Shown: positions 38,548-47,169 of the stretch, in pieces
Layout: the number at the start of each line of letters is the position of its first letter
How positions within the stretch are numbered: the stretch's first letter is position 1
Assembly (NCBI GenBank): GCA_964418605.1
Contig: CAYQLY010000009.1
Coordinates: 39,132-103,131 of the forward strand
DNA length: 64,000 nucleotides
Origin: an uncultured Cytophagales bacterium
Lineage (GTDB): Bacteria; Bacteroidota; Bacteroidia; Cytophagales; Cyclobacteriaceae
Direction: 5' to 3'
Notes under the pieces: model-generated
Seen by the model: the letters and a program-made list of their open reading frames with translations, nothing else
What the model was told of the DNA's origin: nothing
Database searches by the model: none
Position numbers and translations under genes: made by a program

Positions 38548-39145
38548 AATCTAACATTTTTTTATCCCCTATAAATGCTTCTAATCTATCTCCTACATGC
38601 ACAGGCCCTACGCCAGACGGAGTACCTGTAAATACAACATCCCCTTTTTTTAATGTAAAAAAAGTAGATATATAGGATATGATATAATCAAAGTCAAAAA
38701 TCATCAAGGATGTATCTCCAAATTGCTTCTGCTCTCCATTCACTTTTAAACTAAAGGTCAAGCCTGACAAGTTTGTAAAGGAAGATTTAGGTATAAAATC
38801 AGAAATAGGAGCGGACCCATTAAAGCCTTTGGCGATATCCCAAGGCAATCCCTTCAGTTTTAACTTATTCTGAATATCACGTGCTGTAAAATCAATACCA
38901 ACACCTATCCCTTCGTAATACTTATGAGCAAATCTTTTCTCAATATTTTTCCCTTCTTTATTGATTAGAAGCAAAATCTCCACCTCATAATGGATATCTT
39001 GGCTAAAACTAGGATAGTAAAAAGGTGCATTCTGCCGAATGATGGCCGTTTCAGGCTTTAAAAAAACAACTGGTTCATCAGGAAGCTCATTTTTTAACTC
39101 CTCTGCATGAGCTTTGTAATTCCGACCTATTGCAAAAATTTTCAT
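38534..39145 (-). CDS. Fumarylacetoacetate hydrolase (FAH) family protein
   Basis: The ORF extends to 39205, but M21 (39145, MKIFAIGRNY) is the likely start. C-terminal 'GDVVFTGTPSGVGPV' motif. Confidence 0.75.
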   Translation of the reverse strand: MKIFAIGRNYKAHAEELKNELPDEPVVFLKPETAIIRQNAPFYYPSFSQDIHYEVEILLLINKEGKNIEKRFAHKYYEGIGVGIDFTARDIQNKLKLKGLPWDIAKGFNGSAPISDFIPKSSFTNLSGLTFSLKVNGEQKQFGDTSLMIFDFDYIISYISTFFTLKKGDVVFTGTPSGVGPVHVGDRLEAFIGDKKMLDFEVK

Positions 39146-39240
39146 AATTAAACTCTCAAATAACGTAAATCTTAGCCATCTGCAAAAATAAATAACCCCA
39201 AGCATAAGATTTTTAAAGCTTTCCTATTTGATCTAAATTG

Positions 39241-39660
39241 AATTAAATTAATAAATTTTATAACTATTTTATTATATTATAATATTTATATAATATTTTT
39301 ATTTTATAAAAATAATTATATAAATATATACAAATTATTATAAAAATTATATTTATGTAATTATTATTGAATTATTTTTATATAAAATATAATAATATTT
39401 TTGTAAATTAATATATAATATAAATCTTAATTTATATTATATATATAAATATTATACTATTATTTTAATTAAAAATTTGAATTAACTACTTGATAAACAA
39501 TATAATATTAAATAATAAAAAAAATAGTATATTTGTTTTGTAATAAAAAAAAATAATTGTATATTTGATACCTTTTTTAAAACAAGGTGATTAAATAAAA
39601 AACATATAATTCATATTTAATTATATATATAAATATATTTTTATATATGATTAAATAGAT
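39241..39660. other. Extreme A+T tract (hand count 27 G/C in 420 nt; 8 G/C in the first 240 nt)
   Basis: Counted directly from the sequence. No ORF. Irregular low-complexity ATA/TAT/AAT words with no fixed period. Confidence 0.85.
39528..39567 (+). promoter_or_regulatory. Two tandem TATATTTG boxes (Bacteroidota -7 consensus TAnnTTTG), each preceded by an A8-9 run
   Basis: TATATTTG at 39528-39535 and 39560-39567. The same octamer precedes the cobalamin riboswitch at 42903. Confidence 0.3.
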
Positions 39661-39677
39661 TAATAAAATTGGATAAA

Positions 39678-39875
39678 ATGAAATTAGAATATAAAAAATA
39701 TAAAAATATAGATGCCTCTTACACTTTTGAGGGGGCAAAACGGCTTTGGACTACCATAAACAACAAAACAAACAAAACCTACTTTACGGTCCAAACAACC
39801 GGAGATGGGATAATCTTAACCTATCCTATCTCCTTTTTATTATTTTTCAATAGAAACAACTTAAGTGGTACATAA
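39678..39875 (+). CDS. Small hypothetical ORF (65 aa from the ATG), or the body of a non-coding RNA
   Basis: The only G/C-normal island in a 0.9-kb intergenic gap. The ORF is bisected by a strong terminator-like hairpin at 39801-39838, so its coding status is doubtful. Confidence 0.3.
   Translation: MKLEYKKYKNIDASYTFEGAKRLWTTINNKTNKTYFTVQTTGDGIILTYPISFLLFFNRNNLSGT
39801..39838 (+). terminator. Intrinsic terminator-like hairpin inside the small ORF
   Basis: 12-bp stem GGAGATGGGATA / TATCCTATCTCC (one G-U pair), 9-nt loop, followed by TTTTTATTATTTTT. Confidence 0.5.
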
Positions 39876-39906
39876 AAGTAAGTGTTAATTAAAAAGCGTA
39901 AAAACT

Positions 39907-39941
39907 GAAAAATAGCCATCTTTTAGATGGCTATTTTTTTA
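39907..39941 (+). terminator. Second intrinsic terminator
   Basis: ATAGCCATC (39912-20) / GATGGCTAT (39926-34), with an A-run before and T7 after. Confidence 0.6.
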
Positions 39942-40123
39942 TCCCTAAATTGATAAAAAATCAACATTTTATTAAACTTTGATTAATACATAGCCTAAAT
40001 CAATAGGATTTAAAATTTAACTTATTTAATATTAAATTAAATTTTTTTTAGTTTCTTCTCTTGTAGATTATTAAAAAAATAACTAAATTCGCATGCTAAA
40101 AAAGATTAATACACTTAACACTT

Positions 40124-42829
40124 ATGAGAAACATATACAAAATAGCAACATTAGTCTTATCAACAATCTTAGTCAGCTCAATTACTTATGCCACTACCTA
40201 CTATGCTAGGAATACAGGAGATTGGAATAGCGCAATGACCTGGGTAACAGGTGACTGTGCCAGCATGACGAATGCAACTGGAAGCTATCCTAAAGCGGGA
40301 GACTTGGCTGTATTATGCAATAATAAAACGGTAACAATCAAAGGCAATGAATCTGTTCAAGATATAAGTATTGACGATGGAACACTTGCTTTTGGAAACG
40401 GGGCAAACTATACCTTAACTATTTCTGGAAATCTTACTCTTAATAACAAAGGAATTCTGGAGTATACATTTAATTCTGGAAGACAGCATACGCTTAGTAT
40501 TGGGGGAAACTTGACTAATGAAGGGAAAGTAGATCTATTAAGTGATTCCAATGATTATGTCAGCATTACATTCAATGGTGCTTCTAACACGGTTGTATCT
40601 GGTGGGGGGCAATGGCGGTCTTTAGCCTTCATAACACTGAATAAAAGCACTAAAAACACAGTGTTAGACTTGCAAGACGCTGGTTTTTCTAACGAACTCA
40701 CTAAAGGGGCTAATACTATTTCAAAAACTTCAGTCGTACTTACAAGAGGTACACTAAAACACAATAATACAGGAACATTAGGGAATGTATATGAAGCAGG
40801 GCTTACAAAGGCAGATATATTTCATATACCTTATGATGTGATTTTACAAGTAAGCAAAGGTGTAGTAGATAATCCTTCTACAGAATCAACCTATTTAAAT
40901 GGAAAAATTATTGTGGATGGGGGAACATTAAATATCACATCTGGTTCTACTTTTCCTACCTATGAAGGATTACTGTATACTAATACCACAAATTACGCAG
41001 AATTATACATTACATCAGGAACTCTAAATATAAGTGGTGCATTTACGAATCAAGGTAGTAGCTTAGTTGATTTTAACATGTCTGGCGGAACTATGAATAT
41101 ATCTACCAACGGCGCAACAGGAGAAACGTTTTATTTAGTTTCTGATTGTAATTTTAACATGTCTGGTGGAACTATTATTATTCACAATAAATCAAACTAT
41201 ACTCATCCTCTAATTGGACCTAAAGTCGATTTCAGTGTATGGGAAGCAAGCACCTATAATGTAACCGGTGGCACTATTCAGTTTGGTGGATCTTCTTCTA
41301 CAACTGCTCAAACATTTCGCCTAGATACAGATACCGAAATATTACCAAATATTGTTCTAGCAGGTCCGATGGGTAAAGGAGCTACTCTTCTTCCTTATGA
41401 TGGTGGAGATCTTAAAATGATGAGTTTAAAAATTAATACAGGTAATACATTTGATATCCGAGATATTCAATTTTTTTATAATGACTCTAAAAAGTTAACC
41501 CTCACGTCTACTAACAATGGAGGTTATGCTTTTTCTAATAGTGGTACATTCACTGCTCGTACGAGTACAGTTATACTCAATGGAGCTGATCAAAGTATTT
41601 CAGGAAGTACAGCAACTAATTTTTACAATTTAACAATTAATAATATTACTGCTCTATTACCAGCTGCCACAACCTTCAATACCAATGCTACGGTGACCAA
41701 TACGCTTACGATGTTGAATGGGCTTATAAGTTTAAATAGCAACACATTGACATTAGGAACTTCTGCTGCAAGTACAGGAACATTAGCATATACTTCAGGT
41801 TGGATGGAAGGTGGTACATTTACACGATTCTTTTCTACAACTACCATTGCTGATGGTACCGGAACAACTAAAGGTTTTTTCCCTATGGGAACTAAAACCG
41901 ATGCACGTTCTTTTTATCTATCAGCCCCTACAACAGCACCTACAACTGGTGGTTCTGTATCAATATCTCATACCTCTACAAAAAAACGTACAGCTGTTTC
42001 ATTTCCAGATGGTATGGCTATGGTTCTTGCACGTCGAGATGACCCATGGAGTATAACTTCTAATCTAGTTGGTGGAACTTATAACTTAGTAGCAGGTGGT
42101 ACTGGCTTCCCTGGTATAGGCAATATTGCTAATCTAAGACTTACTTTGAACACTAGCGTAGTAGGAACTGCTGGAACCAATACAGGAACTAATGCAAATC
42201 CACAGGTACAACGTACAGGTCTTAGTGCTGGGCAGCTTTCTAATAACTTCTTCATTAGTTCTGTAGACATTATTAACTCACCATTACCTGTAGAGCTTAC
42301 AGCCTTTTATGCGCACCCTCTATCTGAAACAATCACTATCTTTTGGACTACAGCTAGTGAAAAGAATAATGCTTCTTTCGAAGTATTAAAAAGTACAGAT
42401 GGCATCACATTTAGTACAATTGCCACTATACAAGGAAAAGGCAATTCCAATACAACAACTAACTATGAAACAACTGATGCGTATCCATTAAATGGAACGA
42501 GCTACTACCAGCTCAAACAAATAGATTATGATGGTCACATTAATTATTCTTCTATTATTTCAGGTGAGTGGTCAACAAGTGGATTCCAGATTTATCCTAG
42601 CCCAGTAGAAGCTAATCAGTCTTTACATATCTTAATTCCAATAAGCATGAGCGAAACTCATCTTAAATTAACTACATTATACGGAGATATTGTATTTGAA
42701 AAAACAATCCAGCCTTCTACTCAAAGTGAATTAGTAGAAATTAACTGTGTTCATTTATCTTCTGGTATCTATATAGTCAATAGTTCAAATGGAACAAACC
42801 AGTGGAAAAAGAAAATAATTATAAAATAA
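40124..42829 (+). CDS. Large secreted beta-helix-like protein with T9SS type-A C-terminal domain (paralogue B)
   Basis: 901 aa with a signal peptide. 'TTYYARNTGDWNSAMTWVTGDC...YPKAGDLAVLC' is homologous to the 27738..30548 product. 'LPVELTAFYA...YYQLKQIDYDGH' Ig/Fn3-like module, then 'IYPSPV...GIYIVNSSNG...KKIIIK' tail. Confidence 0.7.
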   Translation: MRNIYKIATLVLSTILVSSITYATTYYARNTGDWNSAMTWVTGDCASMTNATGSYPKAGDLAVLCNNKTVTIKGNESVQDISIDDGTLAFGNGANYTLTISGNLTLNNKGILEYTFNSGRQHTLSIGGNLTNEGKVDLLSDSNDYVSITFNGASNTVVSGGGQWRSLAFITLNKSTKNTVLDLQDAGFSNELTKGANTISKTSVVLTRGTLKHNNTGTLGNVYEAGLTKADIFHIPYDVILQVSKGVVDNPSTESTYLNGKIIVDGGTLNITSGSTFPTYEGLLYTNTTNYAELYITSGTLNISGAFTNQGSSLVDFNMSGGTMNISTNGATGETFYLVSDCNFNMSGGTIIIHNKSNYTHPLIGPKVDFSVWEASTYNVTGGTIQFGGSSSTTAQTFRLDTDTEILPNIVLAGPMGKGATLLPYDGGDLKMMSLKINTGNTFDIRDIQFFYNDSKKLTLTSTNNGGYAFSNSGTFTARTSTVILNGADQSISGSTATNFYNLTINNITALLPAATTFNTNATVTNTLTMLNGLISLNSNTLTLGTSAASTGTLAYTSGWMEGGTFTRFFSTTTIADGTGTTKGFFPMGTKTDARSFYLSAPTTAPTTGGSVSISHTSTKKRTAVSFPDGMAMVLARRDDPWSITSNLVGGTYNLVAGGTGFPGIGNIANLRLTLNTSVVGTAGTNTGTNANPQVQRTGLSAGQLSNNFFISSVDIINSPLPVELTAFYAHPLSETITIFWTTASEKNNASFEVLKSTDGITFSTIATIQGKGNSNTTTNYETTDAYPLNGTSYYQLKQIDYDGHINYSSIISGEWSTSGFQIYPSPVEANQSLHILIPISMSETHLKLTTLYGDIVFEKTIQPSTQSELVEINCVHLSSGIYIVNSSNGTNQWKKKIIIK

Positions 42830-42848
42830 CAAACTGTATAGTTTTTTA

Positions 42849-42884
42849 AAAAAAGAGAGGCTGATTTTGGTCTCTCTTTTTTTT
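42849..42884 (+). terminator. Intrinsic terminator after paralogue B
   Basis: GAGAGGC (42855-61) pairs with GGTCTCTC (42869-76), flanked by an A-run and T8. Confidence 0.6.
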
Positions 42885-42902
42885 ATTACACTTATAAAAA
42901 CC

Positions 42903-42910
42903 TATATTTG
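42903..42910 (+). promoter_or_regulatory. Candidate -7 box TATATTTG for the riboswitch-btuB transcript
   Basis: Exact TAnnTTTG match just upstream of the riboswitch aptamer. Confidence 0.4.
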
Positions 42911-42914
42911 CTAC

Positions 42915-43075
42915 AAGTAAGTATAGGTGTTCGCAAGAACTTAATAGGGAATTTCGTGTAAAACGAAAGCTGTTCCCGCAACTGTAACCTCTACAAAGCT
43001 GTTATCAACAAAGTCACTCTTTTTAAAAAAGGGGAAGACCATAACAGTGAGGCAAGCCAGGAGACCTACCTGTAC
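42915..43075 (+). promoter_or_regulatory. Cobalamin (B12) riboswitch
   Basis: Conserved core 'AATAGGGAA...GTG.AAA.CGAAAGCTGTTCCCGCAACTGTAA' and B12 box 'AAGCCAGGAGACCTACC'. Lies immediately upstream of a BtuB-like TonB-dependent receptor. The expression platform (43076-43200) is not resolved. Confidence 0.8.
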
Positions 43076-43202
43076 ATTAAATTTCTTTTAAGCGCTTTCG
43101 GGTAAAAAGCAGAAAGGATGAGTGTCTTATATTATCCAAAGACATGTCTTCGTTTTTAAATTCCTGAATAGCTCTTAAGAAAGTTAAACTTTTACCTCAT
43201 TA

Positions 43203-45098
43203 ATGAGTTATATATATAAAATTTTTGTTTTATTTTTTCTTCTCCATCTACAACTTTTAGCAGTAGGGCAGCAAGATACTATTCAGCTCAAAGAAATACA
43301 GATTACTACTCCAGCACAACGTGGTATATATACCCATGGCTATAAAATCATAAACTTAGATTCTAGTAGCTCCCTATTACAATCCCAATCACTTTCCTAT
43401 ATCCTATCTCTCCAACCATCTTTATTTATTAAATCCTATGGCAATGGGATGCTATCCACACTATCTATTCGAGGATCAAGCTCTACACATACGGCTTTAT
43501 TATGGAATGGTATTAATATTAATTTACCAACAGTTGGACAAACAGACTTCAGTTTAATAGCGTTGTCAACAGCCGATCATATTTCAATGACGTATGGTGG
43601 CTCAAGTGCATTGGTAGGGAGTGATGGAATTGGAGGAAGTATCAATATATCCTCTTCCATTCCTAAAGAGTGGAATAAATCCAATGAATTAAACATAAGT
43701 CAATCCATTGGTAGCTTTAAAAATATCTATTCTTCTTTACATTTCTCTTCTATAAGGAAAAAAACAAGCCATTCAATTAAAGCATACCGCTCATATTGTG
43801 AAAACCAATTTCCATTTAAGAATATTACTAAACCAGGCTCGCCTATTGAAAAACAACAGAACGCTGATTTTTATCAATATGGGTATACCGAAGATTTTCA
43901 TGTCAAACTCACTAACCGACAGCTTCTTTCTATACATGCATGGGCAACATATATGAATCGAGCTATACAACCAAGCATGTTCAACAATACAATTACAAAT
44001 GAAAAACAAGAGGATGCTAATGTAAGAGGATTACTTTCTTACCAATACGAATCATCTATAGGTTATCTTACCTGCAAGATAGCTTATCTATACGACTGGA
44101 TTGCCTATAGCAATCCACTGCTAGGGCGATTTATTTATCAAACCCACCGCCTAACAGGAACAGCAGAGCAAGATATAAAAAAGTTTAAAAAAACAGCCTT
44201 TAAAATTGGCGGCATATTCAATCATGTCAAAGGCATAGCAAATGAATATGAAGAAGAAATCACTGAATTACGCTATGATATTTATCTCTCTACAGAGTAT
44301 AGACCATCCGAACGCCTCCAATTATCTATGACCTTAAGACAACCTTTTGTTAATAACAGTTCATTACCTCTAATTCCATCCATCGGTGCAGACTACCGCG
44401 TATTTCAAAAACACAATTATACCATCCACATCAAATCAACTCTATCTAAATCTTACAGATTACCTACTTTAAATGAACGCTACTGGAAACCAGGTGGAAA
44501 TCCAGATATCAAACCCGAAGAATCTATCGGTTATGAAACAGGATTTACCATTCAAAAAAGTAGTTCTATGATTGAGCATCAAGTTGAGCTAAGCCATTAC
44601 AATTACACTGTAAAAAATTGGATTTTATGGCTTCCATATGCGTTTTATTTTAAATCTGAAAATATTGAAAAAGTACAAAATTATGGATTTGAATTTTTAT
44701 ATAATTTATCTTATAATTTAAAAAGCATTAAACTGCAATCAAGCGCCAGCTATAGCTATACAAGAACATTTTACATAGAACAAAATAATGAAAAAAAACA
44801 ACTCCCTTATATTCCTTTTCACAGTGGAACAATACACCATTCGATTTCATATAAACAGACTAAATTACATATAAATTGCTCATTTTCAGGATATAAAAAC
44901 ATATCTACTAGTTCGAAATCAACCCCTATTCAACTGATTGATTTGGGCGTAGAAAAAAAATTCAACCTTAAAAAAGAATCGTATTTATGCCTATCATTCT
45001 ATATCAATAATATACTTAATCAGGCTTACCAATTATATGAATATAAATCTATTCCAGGAATTAATTATAATTTATCTATACTTTTTAAAATTAAATAA
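43203..45098 (+). CDS. btuB: TonB-dependent outer-membrane receptor, BtuB-like
   Basis: 631 aa. Signal peptide and plug-domain motifs ('LSIRGSSSTHTALLWNGININ'). Preceded by the B12 riboswitch. Confidence 0.8.
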   Translation: MSYIYKIFVLFFLLHLQLLAVGQQDTIQLKEIQITTPAQRGIYTHGYKIINLDSSSSLLQSQSLSYILSLQPSLFIKSYGNGMLSTLSIRGSSSTHTALLWNGININLPTVGQTDFSLIALSTADHISMTYGGSSALVGSDGIGGSINISSSIPKEWNKSNELNISQSIGSFKNIYSSLHFSSIRKKTSHSIKAYRSYCENQFPFKNITKPGSPIEKQQNADFYQYGYTEDFHVKLTNRQLLSIHAWATYMNRAIQPSMFNNTITNEKQEDANVRGLLSYQYESSIGYLTCKIAYLYDWIAYSNPLLGRFIYQTHRLTGTAEQDIKKFKKTAFKIGGIFNHVKGIANEYEEEITELRYDIYLSTEYRPSERLQLSMTLRQPFVNNSSLPLIPSIGADYRVFQKHNYTIHIKSTLSKSYRLPTLNERYWKPGGNPDIKPEESIGYETGFTIQKSSSMIEHQVELSHYNYTVKNWILWLPYAFYFKSENIEKVQNYGFEFLYNLSYNLKSIKLQSSASYSYTRTFYIEQNNEKKQLPYIPFHSGTIHHSISYKQTKLHINCSFSGYKNISTSSKSTPIQLIDLGVEKKFNLKKESYLCLSFYINNILNQAYQLYEYKSIPGINYNLSILFKIK

Positions 45099-45117
45099 AA
45101 ATTAAAAAATAAAAAAC

Positions 45118-46185
45118 ATGAAAAAAATAATTTTAAATTTAGCAGCAATCATCGCTTTATGGACAGGATGTAACCCTAAAAAAGAAACCGCCCCTACCCC
45201 ATCCGGGAAATTCAAAGAGGGTTTTTTTATTTTAAATGAAGGGAACTTTAACAAAGGAAATGCGAGTATTGATTTTTATCCAACTGCAACAAGCGAAATC
45301 GATACTGATATTTTTAAAAAAGTGAATCAACGACCACTCGGCGATGTACTTCAAGATTTCTATATCCATGAAGATAAAGGATTTATCATTGTCAACAACA
45401 GCCATAAAATGGAAATAGTAGACATAAATACGTTTGAATCCAAAGCCGTGATTGAGAACTTGTCACTCCCACGTTGTATTAGAGTAGCAAATGGCAAAGC
45501 CTACATCAGCGAAACAGTAGACTACACAGGATCGAAAGGAAAAGTATCAATAATTAATATTGAAAACAATACAATCATTAAATCTTTAACCGTAGGCATA
45601 AACCCTGACAAAATGCTTACCCTAAACAATAAACTTTTTTTAGTTAACTCTGGTGAAAATACAGTTTCAGTTATTAATACAACTACAGATGAATTAGAAA
45701 AATCAATTGAAGTTAATCAAAACCCGAATAGCTTAGTTTACGACGGGGAATATCTATGGGTATTATGTGGAGGTAAAAAAGTATACCTCACAGATTGGAC
45801 TGGAATTAATGAAGCATTAAGCACCGCTGGGTCATTACAAAAGATAAATCCAGCTACTGGCGAATTGGTTAAAACTATTCCATTGGATTCTAAAATCATA
45901 ACCCCTAACTACCTCAACTACGTAGGAAATAAAAAATTAATTTACGCTTACGGTGAAAAAATCATGGCTTATGATAGTAATACTGACAAAACAATTACAC
46001 TCATCGAAGAAGCTAAAAATACATATGGTTTAAATACCGATCCTTCTAGTCAACGCTTATACAGAGCAGATCACAATGGGTTCCAAAAAAATAGTACAGT
46101 ATATTGCTATACACTAGATGGGCAACTAGTTTATTCATTTTCTAGTGGAATTGGAACAAACGAGTTTATTTTCTACAACCAATAA
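45118..46185 (+). CDS. Surface lipoprotein, beta-propeller-like (YncE/DUF5074-like); possible B12-capture accessory
   Basis: 355 aa with lipobox 'LWTGC' and repeated beta-strand blades. Gene position resembles that of Bacteroides btuB-linked surface lipoproteins. The family call is tentative. Confidence 0.5.
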   Translation: MKKIILNLAAIIALWTGCNPKKETAPTPSGKFKEGFFILNEGNFNKGNASIDFYPTATSEIDTDIFKKVNQRPLGDVLQDFYIHEDKGFIIVNNSHKMEIVDINTFESKAVIENLSLPRCIRVANGKAYISETVDYTGSKGKVSIINIENNTIIKSLTVGINPDKMLTLNNKLFLVNSGENTVSVINTTTDELEKSIEVNQNPNSLVYDGEYLWVLCGGKKVYLTDWTGINEALSTAGSLQKINPATGELVKTIPLDSKIITPNYLNYVGNKKLIYAYGEKIMAYDSNTDKTITLIEEAKNTYGLNTDPSSQRLYRADHNGFQKNSTVYCYTLDGQLVYSFSSGIGTNEFIFYNQ

Positions 46186-46195
46186 CTTGCCTATT

Positions 46196-46234
46196 TATAA
46201 AGCCCCATTAGACTACAAGAGGGGCTTTATTTTT
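46196..46234 (+). terminator. Intrinsic terminator after the btuB locus
   Basis: AAAGCCCC (46198-205) / GGGGCTTT (46220-27), followed by ATTTTT. Confidence 0.55.
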
Positions 46235-46294
46235 AAATAGAGTCGTATTTGATTTTTAATTAAAATATTCGCTATCTTTCAGTTTTACTATATC

Positions 46295-47152
46295 ATGGAG
46301 CATTTGAAAAAATCAATTCCTGATCTAAAAAAGATAGCATCTCAAATTCGAAGAGATATTTTACGGATGGTCCATGGGGCAAAATCAGGCCATCCAGGAG
46401 GCTCATTAGGTTGTGTAGAGTTTTTTACCCTACTCTATTTTGATATCATGAAACATCATCCTTCCACTTTCACAATGGATGGAAGAAATGAAGACCTATT
46501 TTTTTTATCAAATGGACATATTTCTCCAGTTTGGTACAGTACACTAGCACGATGTGGTTATTTTAACCTGAACGAACTTTCGACTTTCCGAAAAATAAAT
46601 TCACGTTTACAAGGACATCCGGCTACTAAAGAAAAACTACCTGGTATTCGTGTTGCATCCGGATCATTAGGACAAGGATTATCTGTAGCCATTGGAGCAG
46701 CGCAAACAAAAAAATTAAATAATGATCCGCATCTTATATTTGTATTAATGGGCGATGGAGAACAACAAGAAGGCCAGATCTGGGAAGCTGCGATGTATGC
46801 TGCACATCATAAAATCGATAATATCATTGCAACAATTGACGTCAATGGACAACAAATAGATGGACCTGTTGATCAAATCTTATCCTTAAAAAATTTAAAA
46901 GCCAAATGGGAGGCTTTTGGTTGGGTAGTAATAGAGTCCAATGGCAACAATATAGAAAATCTTTTAGAGATACTTCATAAAGGAATAAATTTATTAGGTC
47001 AAGGAAAACCCGTGATCAATTTAATGACAACAGAAATGGGTCATGGGGTGGATTTCATGGCTAATTCACATAAATGGCATGGGGTGGCTCCTACTGATGA
47101 GCAACTTACTCGTGCACTAGAACAATTAACTGAGACAATAGGCGATTATTAA
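46295..47152 (+). CDS. Transketolase, N-terminal (TPP-binding) subunit of a split enzyme
   Basis: 285 aa with 'SGHPGGSLG', 'GHISP' and 'GSLGQGLSVAIG...GDGEQQEG' motifs. Confidence 0.85.
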   Translation: MEHLKKSIPDLKKIASQIRRDILRMVHGAKSGHPGGSLGCVEFFTLLYFDIMKHHPSTFTMDGRNEDLFFLSNGHISPVWYSTLARCGYFNLNELSTFRKINSRLQGHPATKEKLPGIRVASGSLGQGLSVAIGAAQTKKLNNDPHLIFVLMGDGEQQEGQIWEAAMYAAHHKIDNIIATIDVNGQQIDGPVDQILSLKNLKAKWEAFGWVVIESNGNNIENLLEILHKGINLLGQGKPVINLMTTEMGHGVDFMANSHKWHGVAPTDEQLTRALEQLTETIGDY

Positions 47153-47169
47153 GTTTACTAAAAAATAGT

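Noticed and set aside
39206-40123. The AT tract as the chromosomal replication origin (oriC)
   Set aside because: I found no cluster of DnaA boxes (TTATCCACA/TGTGGATAA), only one partial TGGATAA at about 39670. No dnaA, dnaN or gidA-type genes are nearby. This cannot be excluded without a whole-genome GC-skew analysis, so the tract is reported only as an unexplained feature.
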